In this document: positions 9,817-19,706 of the stretch, one piece after another | Layout of the letters: each line of letters starts with the position of its first letter | Position numbering within the stretch: position 1 is the first letter of the stretch | Origin: Chryseobacterium gleum | Lineage (GTDB): Bacteria; Bacteroidota; Bacteroidia; Flavobacteriales_D; Crocinitomicaceae | Direction of reading: 5' to 3' | Assembly: GCA_945902775.1 (NCBI GenBank) | Contig: CAMDMY010000004.1 | Coordinates: forward strand, 5,914 to 69,913 | Length of the DNA: 64,000 nucleotides | Translations under genes and position numbers: made by a program | The notes under the pieces: generated by a model | What the model was told of the DNA's origin: nothing | Database searches by the model: none | Seen by the model: only the letters and a program-made list of their open reading frames with translations

Positions 9817-10938
9817 ATGAGATTTCAAATTTTATACATTGCTTTATTTTTATTTATATTTATTCATAATTCTTTTTCTCAGAATTTAGATTCAATATCG
9901 TATAAAAACATAGATTCTTTAAATGATTCAAAAATAAGTGTACATGGTTATTTAGATACCTATTACGGATATGACTTTAGTAAACCTGAAAATTTTGATA
10001 GATCTTACAGTGTTTCTTCTTCAAGGCATAACGAATTCAATATAAATTTAGCCTATTTAGATGTTAAATACGTAAGTAAGAAAGTAAGAGGTAGAATTGT
10101 ACCAAGTTTTGGAACGTATATGAATTCAAATTATGCTTCAGAAAAAGGAACATTTAAAAATTTACTAGAAGCCAATGCGGGGATTTGTCTTTCTTTAAAG
10201 AAAAATATTTGGATGGATGCAGGTATATTAAGTTCCCCTTTTACAAACGAAACTGCCATTTCAAAAGATCAACTAATGTATACTAGAAGTTTTGCAGCTG
10301 AATATTCACCTTATTATTTGTCAGGTGTAAAATTATCATACCCACTAAACAAAAAAATAACTACATATTTTTACATAATAAATGGTTGGCAACAAATCAA
10401 TGATTTAAATAAATCAAAATCATTAGCTACACAAATTGAATATCATCCAACTGATAATTTTTTAATTAATTGGGATACCTATATTGGCGATGAAAAATCA
10501 ATAGACAATAAAAATTTTAAAACCCGTTTTTTTACAGATCTTTATTTTGTTTATGATAAAGGCAGAAGATTTTCTTTTACCTCTTGTTCTTATATTGGTT
10601 TTCAAAAATTAAAGGATAGTTTAGATGTTCCATCCAATGTGTTTTGGTGGCAGAGTAATTTTTCCGGATCAATCAAATTAAAAAACAACGTTTCATTGGC
10701 AGGGCGAATAGAATATTTTAGTGATCCAAACGCCATTCAAATACATCCAATTACATCAGCAATTGGATTTTCTTCATACAGTGGTGGACTTTGTCTAAAT
10801 GTAAAGATTTCTAAAAACGCGATGTTTAGAGTGGAAGATCGTATCTATTATTCAGATCAAAAAGTCTATTTTGATAGAAATAACAAAGAATCAAACACAA
10901 GCAATTTATTAATTGGAAGTTTAGCAGTTTGGTTTTAA
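9817..10938 (+). CDS. Putative outer-membrane beta-barrel porin
   Basis: Signal peptide, alternating aromatic/polar beta-strand pattern, C-terminal ...LAVWF aromatic terminus. Confidence 0.6.
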   Translation: MRFQILYIALFLFIFIHNSFSQNLDSISYKNIDSLNDSKISVHGYLDTYYGYDFSKPENFDRSYSVSSSRHNEFNINLAYLDVKYVSKKVRGRIVPSFGTYMNSNYASEKGTFKNLLEANAGICLSLKKNIWMDAGILSSPFTNETAISKDQLMYTRSFAAEYSPYYLSGVKLSYPLNKKITTYFYIINGWQQINDLNKSKSLATQIEYHPTDNFLINWDTYIGDEKSIDNKNFKTRFFTDLYFVYDKGRRFSFTSCSYIGFQKLKDSLDVPSNVFWWQSNFSGSIKLKNNVSLAGRIEYFSDPNAIQIHPITSAIGFSSYSGGLCLNVKISKNAMFRVEDRIYYSDQKVYFDRNNKESNTSNLLIGSLAVWF

Positions 10939-10990
10939 TTCTCCGTTTATCTTTTGGTGCGATACACTATTTATTTTTAATCAAATAGAT

Positions 10991-11034
10991 GATAAGTTAA
11001 CGATAAATTAACATTAAATCAACAGTAAGTTAAT
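10991..11034. repeat. Four tandem 11-bp units upstream of the parA-like gene
   Basis: gataagttaac gataaattaac attaaatcaac agtaagttaat. The period is one helical turn. Located 130-170 bp upstream of the ATG at 11163. Confidence 0.55.
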
Positions 11035-11162
11035 AAGAAATAATAGTATTATAATTACTTTTTTCTTTTTTTTTAATTTTTTATTAGTACTATTGTGACT
11101 CATTCGCTTTGTCGAAATTTAACTGTTTTTGTAGTAATTATTAAATCGTTTGTCAATAAAAC

Positions 11163-11909
11163 ATGGTCATTGCAATAGCAAATCATAAAGGAGGTTCGGG
11201 TAAAACAACTACTACTTTAAATTTAGGTGTAGCTCTCTCTAATATGGGTAAGAAAGTTTTATTGATTGATTTAGATCCTCAGGGTAATTTATCTTATTCA
11301 TTGGGTATTTCCGACGATTTACCTACTATTGCAGATATAATTACTGGAAATAAATCATTTGAAGATACAATTATTGAGAAACAAGGAGTTAGTGTAATTC
11401 CCTCTAACATGTTTTTGGCTGATATTGAATTATCAATTCAAGGAGTTGAAAATAGATTGTATATTTTAAAAAACCTCCTTCAATCTTTAGTGAAAGAATT
11501 TGATTATGTTTTAATTGATTGTTCGCCTTCAAAATCTTTATTGACTATAAATGCACTAGTCTTAGCTGATAAAATTATCACAACTATTTTATTGGATGTT
11601 TTGAGTGTTCAAGGCTTAAATCAAATTAATAGAACAGTATATGATGTAAAAAGAGGATTTAATAGTGCGCTTTCATTTATTGGTGTATTACCGGTAAATG
11701 TTGATTTGAGAAGTAATATATCGAAAGAGATTTTAACTTTTGTTGAAGAAAATTTTGATATACCACTTATAAAAACATATATCAGAAGTTGTGTGAAATT
11801 TGTTGAGGCACCTTCATTTGGAGAAAGTATTTTTTCATATGCACCACATTCAACTGGGGCTGAAGACTATCAAGTTTTAGCTAAAGAAATAATATCCTTC
11901 AATAATTAG
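11163..11909 (+). CDS. ParA/MinD-family ATPase (PpfA/ParC-like positional ATPase by context)
   Basis: Deviant Walker A IANHKGGSGKTTTT; LIDLDPQGN; Walker B-like VLIDCSP. First gene of the che unit. Confidence 0.85.
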   Translation: MVIAIANHKGGSGKTTTTLNLGVALSNMGKKVLLIDLDPQGNLSYSLGISDDLPTIADIITGNKSFEDTIIEKQGVSVIPSNMFLADIELSIQGVENRLYILKNLLQSLVKEFDYVLIDCSPSKSLLTINALVLADKIITTILLDVLSVQGLNQINRTVYDVKRGFNSALSFIGVLPVNVDLRSNISKEILTFVEENFDIPLIKTYIRSCVKFVEAPSFGESIFSYAPHSTGAEDYQVLAKEIISFNN

Positions 11910-11912
11910 AAT

Positions 11913-12536
11913 ATGGCATTAGGAAAAAACATGAAAGTTGATAGACTTATTCCTTTGGTAGATGAGAATAATGTTGAAAATGAAAAAGTTGATATTAAGT
12001 TAGATCTTACAGACTCAATAAATGAATTAGTTAAAGATGGTAAAAATTCCATTTTAATTGATTTGAATTTAGATAATGAAGATAAAAAAAGTTCAAGTGA
12101 AGAAGTTAAAATTGAGGTAATTAGTGAATTTAAAGAAAAGGTTGTTGAAGATATACCTCAAACTAATTCTCAATCTTCAATTGTTTATGAAAATATTGAA
12201 ACAGATTCTCTTAAGATTATTTTCACTCCCTCAAGAAGAAAAACACAAAAAAGAATTTTAATTAATATTGAAGGTTCTTTGACAATTAATAATGTAGAAG
12301 TTTTATTTTCAAAAGTTAATGTTGTTTTTGATTATTTTGATTTTGTAGAAGTAAATTTGAATAATGTAACAGAAATTGATTTAACTGTGATTCAATTATT
12401 TCATGCGATTAGAGTGAATTATTGGCCTCAAAAAAAATATATTTCAATAAATGCAGAATTTTCAAGGGATGATAGAAAATTATTAAACTCTTGTGGTTTC
12501 ACAGAGTTTCAAACACAAGTTTCAGCATCTGTATAA
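11913..12536 (+). CDS. Acidic protein with a C-terminal STAS-like (anti-sigma antagonist fold) domain; candidate ParA partner
   Basis: Starts 3 nt after the parA-like stop. The C-terminal half, INIEGSLTINNVEVLF...VEVNLNNVTEIDLTVIQLFHAI, resembles a STAS domain. Basic N-terminus MALGKNMKVDR. Confidence 0.5.
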   Translation: MALGKNMKVDRLIPLVDENNVENEKVDIKLDLTDSINELVKDGKNSILIDLNLDNEDKKSSSEEVKIEVISEFKEKVVEDIPQTNSQSSIVYENIETDSLKIIFTPSRRKTQKRILINIEGSLTINNVEVLFSKVNVVFDYFDFVEVNLNNVTEIDLTVIQLFHAIRVNYWPQKKYISINAEFSRDDRKLLNSCGFTEFQTQVSASV

Positions 12537-12563
12537 AGTTCTTAGAAAAATTAGAAGTAAAAA

Positions 12564-12932
12564 ATGGCAAAAATTATATTAATAGTTGATGATTCTGAAA
12601 GTATAAGAGAAGTTGTTGGTCATGCTTTACGAAGCGAAGGCTACAATGTTTTGGTTGGTGTAGATGGACAACATGGCTTGGAAATATTATTGGAAAATGA
12701 TAACGTAAATTTGATAATTTCAGATTTAAATATGCCTCGTATGGATGGAATTTCTTTCTTAAAAGAAGTCAGAAAATTAGATACTTTTAAATATCTTCCA
12801 ATTTTAATCTTAACTACAGAATCGCAAGAATCTAAAAAGATTGAAGCGAAAAATTCAGGTGCAACAGGTTGGATAATTAAACCCTTTGTGAAAGAGAAAT
12901 TACTCGCAGTAGTAAAAAAAGTATTGCACTGA
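12564..12932 (+). CDS. cheY: CheY-like response regulator
   Basis: 122 aa: [24 protein letters not shown]. Its stop overlaps the cheA start (TGATG). Confidence 0.88.
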   Translation: MAKIILIVDDSESIREVVGHALRSEGYNVLVGVDGQHGLEILLENDNVNLIISDLNMPRMDGISFLKEVRKLDTFKYLPILILTTESQESKKIEAKNSGATGWIIKPFVKEKLLAVVKKVLH

Positions 12933-15049
12933 TGGAAGAAATGAAAGATACATATATTCAAGAAGCCAATGAGTTATTAGAAAACTTAGAATCTTCTTTG
13001 TTATCGTTAGAAGACAATCCGAATGATAAATCGAATATTGAGCAAGTTTTTAGAGTAATGCATACCTTGAAGGGTAATAGCAGTATGTTTGGTTTGTCTA
13101 AAATTGCTGAATTTGTTCACGATTTGGAGACAATTTATGATAAAATTAGACAGGGCGAAATGCAATTGTCTAAGGAAATTTTAAATACAACTTTGGCCTC
13201 TTTCGATCATTTGAATTTAATTATTGTAGATTCAGAATTAGAAAATATTGATAACGCTGAAAATCATGTTCGTTTAATCAATGAAATTCATAAATTTATT
13301 GATAAACCTAAAAATGATTCGAATCACCCAGTTTCAATTGAATCTTCAAATGAATCTAGTCATATTTCAGATAATGATACGGAAGGTCCTAAAACATATT
13401 ATATACATTTCGAACCAAACGATACAATTTTCTTGGATGGATCGAATCCTTTGTATTTAGTAGCCGAATTAGTAGCTTTTGGAAAAAGTATAGTTGTTCC
13501 TCATTTTAAAACGATAACTACTTTAACTGATTTTGATCCGACTAAATGTTTTACTTTTTGGGATATCTATGTTGAGACAGACAAGCCATTAACTGATATT
13601 CAAGATGTTTTTGTTTTTGTTGAAGGTAATTCAATTATTGAAATTACTGAAATTCCATTTATTGATTTAATTTCAAATCATTCGTTTAATGAAGTGGTTA
13701 ATGGAACAAATTTTAAAGATTTAAAAACGGATATTACAGCTATCTTATTATTAGCTGAAAGTATAGGAACCAAAATAGTTAAAGAAAAAATACCGGTTAA
13801 TAGTGCTTCATTAGAAGAGGTTAAATCTGAAAAGCCAAAATCAATTACTTCAAGTAAATCGGAAGTAAAAGAAAAGGTTGTTTCTAGTATTCGAGTTTCT
13901 TCTGATAAGTTAGATGAATTGATGAATCTAGTTAGTGAATTAGTAACGACACAAGCCAGTTTAAGTTTATATAATCAAAAAAACGAAACGCCTGAATTAG
14001 AGATAATCTCAGAAAATATCGAGAAATTATCAAGAAGATTAAGAGATATTGCATTTGGAATGACTTTAGTTCCAATTAACAATATGTTCAGTCGTTTTCA
14101 AAGGTTGGTTAGAGATATGTCTGACATGCTTGGTAAGGAGATTCAATTCGTTACCGAAGGTGGTGAGACGGAACTTGATAAATCAATTATTGAAACATTG
14201 ACAGATCCTTTAATGCATATTATTCGTAATAGTTTGGATCATGGATTAGAGAAAGCAGAAGTACGTGAAGAGAATGGGAAACCAAGAAAAGGGACCGTTA
14301 AATTAAAAGCATTTTATTCTGGGATTTCTGTATACATTCAAATTATTGATGATGGTAAAGGGATTGATGTTGAAGCAGTTCGTTCAAAAGCAATAAGCAA
14401 AGGATTTATTAAAGAGAACGATGTTTTAACTGATAAAGAAATTTTCGATTACATTTTTTATCCTGGTTTTTCAACCGCACAGGTAGTCACTGATATCTCA
14501 GGCAGAGGAGTAGGGATGGATGTAGTAAAAAGAAATATTACTGATTTGAAAGGTTCAATTATTGTTGAATCAAAAGTAAATATTGGTACAACTTTAACTA
14601 TTAAATTACCTTTAAGTTTATCTATCATAGATGGATTATTGGTTGAAATCGATAAAGTCAATTACATTATACCTTTAACAGTCGTAAACAAGTGTTATGA
14701 AGTTGATAATGCTGAAATGGTAAATAACTTCAATAAACTGTTAATATTAGACGATAATCAAATTCCATTTATCAATATTAGAAATGAGTTTGGTTACAAA
14801 GACACGTACGATTCCGATAAATCTCAAATCATTGTAGTTAGCGATGGAGATAAGAAAGTAGGCATAAGTGTTGATTATATAGTTGGTGAATATCAGGCAG
14901 TTGTAAAACCAATAGGTAAATATTATAAAAATCAAGATTTTATTTCTGGAGCAACCATTTTGGGTGATGGTTCAATTGCTTTGGTAATGGATACGCATAA
15001 AATCATTGATTTATATACAGAACATGTTAAATTAGAAACAATAAAGTAA
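12932..15049 (+). CDS. cheA: Chemotaxis histidine kinase CheA
   Basis: Hpt/P1 motif MHTLKGNSSMFG; P3 IRVSSDKLDELMNLVSELV; P4 HIIRNSLDHG, DDGKGID, GRGVGMDVV; C-terminal CheW-like P5. Confidence 0.95.
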   Translation: MEEMKDTYIQEANELLENLESSLLSLEDNPNDKSNIEQVFRVMHTLKGNSSMFGLSKIAEFVHDLETIYDKIRQGEMQLSKEILNTTLASFDHLNLIIVDSELENIDNAENHVRLINEIHKFIDKPKNDSNHPVSIESSNESSHISDNDTEGPKTYYIHFEPNDTIFLDGSNPLYLVAELVAFGKSIVVPHFKTITTLTDFDPTKCFTFWDIYVETDKPLTDIQDVFVFVEGNSIIEITEIPFIDLISNHSFNEVVNGTNFKDLKTDITAILLLAESIGTKIVKEKIPVNSASLEEVKSEKPKSITSSKSEVKEKVVSSIRVSSDKLDELMNLVSELVTTQASLSLYNQKNETPELEIISENIEKLSRRLRDIAFGMTLVPINNMFSRFQRLVRDMSDMLGKEIQFVTEGGETELDKSIIETLTDPLMHIIRNSLDHGLEKAEVREENGKPRKGTVKLKAFYSGISVYIQIIDDGKGIDVEAVRSKAISKGFIKENDVLTDKEIFDYIFYPGFSTAQVVTDISGRGVGMDVVKRNITDLKGSIIVESKVNIGTTLTIKLPLSLSIIDGLLVEIDKVNYIIPLTVVNKCYEVDNAEMVNNFNKLLILDDNQIPFINIRNEFGYKDTYDSDKSQIIVVSDGDKKVGISVDYIVGEYQAVVKPIGKYYKNQDFISGATILGDGSIALVMDTHKIIDLYTEHVKLETIK

Positions 15050-15567
15050 TGAAAACAGAATTATCTAATGAGCAATTAACGGGTACAACAAAGTCTTTTT
15101 TGTCTTTTAAATTAGCAGAAGAGAGTTTTACAATTCCCGTTATGAAAATTATGGAAATTTTAGAAGTTCCAAAGATTACAAAAGTCCCCCAATCTCCCAA
15201 TTTTTTAGTAGGAGTAATCAATTTAAGAGGTGCGGTTTTACCTGTAATTGATACAAGAATTAAATTCGGAATGTCTCAAATACAATATACAATTAATACA
15301 TGTATTTTAGTATTAAGTATTGAAGTGAATGACGAAGAAGTGGTGGTAGGAGCTCTTGTAGATTCTGTTTCAGAGGTATTTGAATTAGATGAGAGCAAAA
15401 TAAAGCCAACTCCAACAATTGCTACGAAATATAGAGCGGATTATATTCAAGGGATGATTCAGGAAGATGATCATTTTATGATGGTGTTAAATATTGATAA
15501 AGTATTTTCATCTCTCGATTTAGAGTCTATTGTAGAATCCAAAGAAATTAATGTCAAAGAAGATTAA
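15049..15567 (+). CDS. cheW: Coupling protein CheW
   Basis: 172 aa: FLSFKLAEESFTIPVMKIMEI...VINLRGAVLPVIDTR. TAATG overlap with cheA. Confidence 0.9.
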   Translation: MKTELSNEQLTGTTKSFLSFKLAEESFTIPVMKIMEILEVPKITKVPQSPNFLVGVINLRGAVLPVIDTRIKFGMSQIQYTINTCILVLSIEVNDEEVVVGALVDSVSEVFELDESKIKPTPTIATKYRADYIQGMIQEDDHFMMVLNIDKVFSSLDLESIVESKEINVKED

Positions 15568-15610
15568 AAATTTTATCCATTTCAATAATTAAACTAATAA
15601 AAATTAAACT

Positions 15611-18568
15611 ATGAAAAAATTCAGAGCTTTCCCAATTAAAAAACAATTAATCTATGCTTTTTCAATTATTACTTTTTTGATGATAGTTGTTTCATTAACT
15701 CAGTTAGTTATGTTAGAAAAAGCGGAAGAAACAGACTTAAATATTGAAAAATCAAAAGAATTAGAATCTGCTTTTAACAATGTTAAATATGATTTGAGGT
15801 TGGATCAACAAATGGTTATGGAGTTTTTAGCAGCTTCATCAGCAGAAGAAGCTAAATTCCCTCAAGAAAATCATAATAAAGCAAAAAAGGATATTGATAA
15901 AAACATTCAAATTATTCATGATATTACTAATTCAGAAGAATGGGGAAATAATTTTGATGAAGAGAAGAAGAAAATTGATAAAAAATCTAATGAATCTTTG
16001 ACTTTTTATAATGAGAAACTTTTGCCTTTGATGAAATTAGTTGAAAATAATACTTTTCAAAGATTTTCATTAGAAAGATTAGCTAGTACAAATGCTAACT
16101 ATGCTTTAAAGTTGAGAAATAATAATGTTGAAACTGAAAATGCGGATCATAAATTTGATGAGTTGAATGATAATATGGGTTCAAGTATTGATGCATTAAA
16201 TGCAAATATTTTAAATATTATTGATATTTCAAATGAAGAAGCTAAAAGTGTAGCATCTATTTCAAGAATTTTAATTTGGACTGTAAGTTCAATTAGTATA
16301 CTTATTGCCATTTTCTTTGCAAAGTTTATCATCGGAAATATGATGAGAATATTAGGTGCTGAACCAAATGTAGTATCTAATTTTGTTGATGAAGTTGCAC
16401 AAGGAAATCTATCTGTTTCAATTCCTAAAATAAACGGAAAAGAAAATGTTGGTTTACTTAAAGTAGTTGAAAACATGTTAGTTGGACTAGCAAAAGCAGG
16501 GACATTTGCGAAAGAAATTGGTGCTGGAAATTTAAACTCAAATTTTGAATTACTAAGTCCAAAAGATGAATTAGGCCAGTCTTTATTAGAGATGAAGTCG
16601 AATTTAATTACCGCTAAAGAATTAAATGAAGCAAATCAAAGAGAAATTGATGCAAGAATTTCTTTAATGGATGAATTGTGTATTGTTTCGGAGACTGATT
16701 TAAAAGGATATATTACGTATGTAAATGATAAGCATTGTGAAGTTGCTCAATATACTAGAGAAGAATTAATTGGTTCGAATCAAAATATTGTTCGTCATCC
16801 AGATATGCCGAAAGAGTTATTTAAAGAATTATGGTCTACTATTGGTAAAGGTCAGATTTTTAGAGGGATAGTAAAGAACAAGAAAAAAGACGGATCTCCT
16901 TATTATGTTGATGCTGTTTTCGCACCTGTATTAGGAGCAAATGGTAAGCCTGTTAAATATATTGGTGTTAGATATGAAAACACAACTCAAACAATTGAAA
17001 AACAAAGTTCGGATGGAGTTGTTAGTGCAATTAATAGTGCAAACGCATTTATAGAGTTTGATACAAAAGGTAATATTCTAACATTCAATTCAAATTTTGC
17101 CTCAACAATGGGGTATTCTGTTCAAGAAGTTGCTGGTCAACATCACCGTATTTTTGTAGATAAAGAATATGCAAACTCTACTGAATACCAAAGATTTTGG
17201 GAAGATTTAGCAAATGGAGTTACTAAGCAAGGACAATTTAAAAGATATAATAAATCGGGTCAAGAATTATGGTTGCAAGGAATTTATACTTCAGTTAAAG
17301 ATGAAATGGGTAGAATTACTAAAATCATTAAAATTGCTTCTGATATCACCTCTCAAAAAAATATAGAAATTGCTACTGAAAATGCTGCAAAAGAAGTGAC
17401 AAGGGTATTATCAGCATTGTCAAATGGAGATTTAACTCAGAAATATTCAATTATTTCTGAAGCCGATTTGAAATTGATGGGCGACGCTTTAAATTCTACA
17501 ATCGATGTATTAGTTGAGCAAAAAGAGAATGAAATTGAAACACAAAAAGCAGCTGAAGAAGTAAATAGAGTTATTAGTGGTTTAGCTGAAGGAGATTTAA
17601 CTCAAAGATATTCAATTCAATCGAGAGGTCAACTGAAAGCAATGGGTGATGCATTGAATCAAACGATAGATGTATTAAACGATTTAATTTCTAAAGTAAT
17701 AGCTAATGCTGATAATATCGCCTCAGCGAGTATTGAAATGTCAAATTCAGCGCAACAACTATCTGAAGGTGCAACTAACCAAGCAAGTTCAGTAGAAGAA
17801 ATTTCTTCTTCTATGGAACAAATGACGGCTAATATTCAACAAAACACTAGTAACTCTCGCCAAACGGAGAAAATATCAACTACTGCTGCAGTAGATATTA
17901 TTGAAAGTAAAGAGTCTGTTAACGAAACAGAAAATTCTATGAAATTGATTGCTTCTAAAATTTCAATCATTGGTGAAATTTCTAGACAAACTAACTTATT
18001 AGCATTAAATGCTGCGGTTGAAGCAGCAAGAGCTGGTGAACATGGTAGAGGATTTGCTGTGGTTGCTGCTGAGGTTAGAAAATTGGCTGAAAGAAGTCAG
18101 GCAGCTGCAACTGAAATAGATGAAGTATCTGCAAAAAGTGTATTTGTAGCTCAAAAATCAGGTCAAATGTTAAATGATGTAGTTCCAAACATTCAAAAAA
18201 CATCTGATCTAGTTCAAGAGATTACAGCTTCAAGTATTGAACAAAGTTCAGGAGCTGAACAAATAAATAATGCTATTCAAAATTTAAATCATGTTGTACA
18301 AGACAATGCTGCAACGGCTGAGGAAATGGCAGCAGGAGCAGAAGAATTAAGTGCTCAAGCAGAAGAATTACAAAGTGCAGTTTCGTTTTTTAAAATTGAA
18401 GGAGATAATGCGCCTGTAAAGTCACAATTTACAAGTTCAAAAATTAAAAAACAAGAAGTAACTAGAGTGTCGTCTATAAAAAGTAAACCGTCATCATCTA
18501 AATCAACGAATGTATTTATCGATTTAGATGGCAATGATAATTTAGATAGCGAATACCAAAAGTTTTAA
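15611..18568 (+). CDS. Methyl-accepting chemotaxis protein with two TM segments, HAMP, an Aer-type PAS, a second PAS, two further HAMP-like units, a signalling domain and a C-terminal pentapeptide
   Basis: Conserved hairpin tip [44 protein letters not shown]1 carries [32 protein letters not shown], like the E. coli Aer FAD-PAS. Duplicated GDLTQ(K/R)YSI...GDALN.TIDVL units. Ends ...DSEYQKF. Confidence 0.93.
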   Translation: MKKFRAFPIKKQLIYAFSIITFLMIVVSLTQLVMLEKAEETDLNIEKSKELESAFNNVKYDLRLDQQMVMEFLAASSAEEAKFPQENHNKAKKDIDKNIQIIHDITNSEEWGNNFDEEKKKIDKKSNESLTFYNEKLLPLMKLVENNTFQRFSLERLASTNANYALKLRNNNVETENADHKFDELNDNMGSSIDALNANILNIIDISNEEAKSVASISRILIWTVSSISILIAIFFAKFIIGNMMRILGAEPNVVSNFVDEVAQGNLSVSIPKINGKENVGLLKVVENMLVGLAKAGTFAKEIGAGNLNSNFELLSPKDELGQSLLEMKSNLITAKELNEANQREIDARISLMDELCIVSETDLKGYITYVNDKHCEVAQYTREELIGSNQNIVRHPDMPKELFKELWSTIGKGQIFRGIVKNKKKDGSPYYVDAVFAPVLGANGKPVKYIGVRYENTTQTIEKQSSDGVVSAINSANAFIEFDTKGNILTFNSNFASTMGYSVQEVAGQHHRIFVDKEYANSTEYQRFWEDLANGVTKQGQFKRYNKSGQELWLQGIYTSVKDEMGRITKIIKIASDITSQKNIEIATENAAKEVTRVLSALSNGDLTQKYSIISEADLKLMGDALNSTIDVLVEQKENEIETQKAAEEVNRVISGLAEGDLTQRYSIQSRGQLKAMGDALNQTIDVLNDLISKVIANADNIASASIEMSNSAQQLSEGATNQASSVEEISSSMEQMTANIQQNTSNSRQTEKISTTAAVDIIESKESVNETENSMKLIASKISIIGEISRQTNLLALNAAVEAARAGEHGRGFAVVAAEVRKLAERSQAAATEIDEVSAKSVFVAQKSGQMLNDVVPNIQKTSDLVQEITASSIEQSSGAEQINNAIQNLNHVVQDNAATAEEMAAGAEELSAQAEELQSAVSFFKIEGDNAPVKSQFTSSKIKKQEVTRVSSIKSKPSSSKSTNVFIDLDGNDNLDSEYQKF

Positions 18569-18579
18569 TTTAAACTATT

Positions 18580-18620
18580 GTCAGATGAAATAATTCATTT
18601 CATCTGACATACTTTTTATT
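18580..18620 (+). terminator. Rho-independent terminator after the receptor gene
   Basis: gtcagatgaaa, 7-nt loop, tttcatctgac (11-bp perfect stem), then atactttttattt. Confidence 0.75.
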
Positions 18621-18852
18621 TATGAAAACAAGGTCGACACTTCTTATTATTTTACTTTCTTAGTTTACGGTCAGCTAGATACGTTATCTAAAAACGAAAC
18701 TAGTACGTCAAATAAGAATAAAGTTGAAGTAAAGTTTTTCATATAACTATAAACAATTAGAGATGAGAATATTAGAAAAAAATAAATTTAATTCTGAATT
18801 TTTAATCTCTTAATTAACAATTTAAAAATAAAATAACAAAAAGTATTTTATA

Positions 18853-19683
18853 ATGAAAAGTGTAGTAAAAAAATCAATTATAATTTTATTATTAAGCGTA
18901 ACAACAAATGTTTTAGCTCAAGAAGAAGAGTTACAACCTGAATTTACTGAAAATATAGTTACGGATAGACCGGATCAAACGGAAGCACCAGCGTTGACAC
19001 CAAAAAAGTGGATGCAATTTGAGGTTGGAGTTCAAAGTGAATTCGATAAAGCTGATGGTTATTCATCTCAAAGTTCATTATATCCTACAGTTTTAGCTAA
19101 ATATGGTCTTTCTAAACGATTTGAATTAAGGCTTATTACCGAATATGCAAAAGACAATTTTAAAGTTGGAAATTTTAATTCATTAACATCAGGTTTAGCC
19201 CAATTTACAGTTGGTTCAAAAATTGCAATTAGTGAAGCGAAGGGTTGGTTGCCTCAAATTTCTTTAATTACTCATTTAGAGTTACCTTGGATTGCTTCTA
19301 AAGACTACAGGCCATCTACAATCGTACCTAGATACCGATTTTTATTTTGTCACCCAATAAATGATCGATTAAATTTTTCGTATAATTTGGGTATGGAATG
19401 GGAAAGTGGAACAAGTGTTTCTACAACTATATATACTGCTTCATTAGGCTTTGCTTTAACTGATAATATAGGATGTTTCGTTGAATCATATGGTTTTTTA
19501 AGAGAAAATACTAGTGGAGATAATCGTTTGGATGGAGGGTTAACTTTTTTACTAAATAGTAACCATCAATTAGATATTTCTGCGGGGTTTGGATTAAACG
19601 AAATATCACCAGATTATTTTTTGTCTTGTGGTTATTCTTTTCGTTTAAACGCTTTCGATAAAAATCGAAAAAAAAGTAAATAG
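18853..19683 (+). CDS. Outer-membrane beta-barrel protein (MetA-pathway/phenol-degradation-like transporter family)
   Basis: Signal peptide ...NVLAQ. N-terminal TDRPDQTEAP motif typical of that family. Beta-strand periodicity. Confidence 0.6.
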   Translation: MKSVVKKSIIILLLSVTTNVLAQEEELQPEFTENIVTDRPDQTEAPALTPKKWMQFEVGVQSEFDKADGYSSQSSLYPTVLAKYGLSKRFELRLITEYAKDNFKVGNFNSLTSGLAQFTVGSKIAISEAKGWLPQISLITHLELPWIASKDYRPSTIVPRYRFLFCHPINDRLNFSYNLGMEWESGTSVSTTIYTASLGFALTDNIGCFVESYGFLRENTSGDNRLDGGLTFLLNSNHQLDISAGFGLNEISPDYFLSCGYSFRLNAFDKNRKKSK

Positions 19684-19706
19684 GAAATTCTTCAATTGTA
19701 TATTTT

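Noticed and set aside
18622-18752. Short ORF MKTRSTLLIILLS-stop, which after a frameshift would continue as LVYGQLDTLSKNETSTSNKNKVEVKFFI (signal-peptide-like remnant)
   Set aside because: It is only about 40 codons even when repaired, and it has no recognisable family. It could be a gene remnant or a chance ORF, and evidence for a pseudogene call is insufficient.
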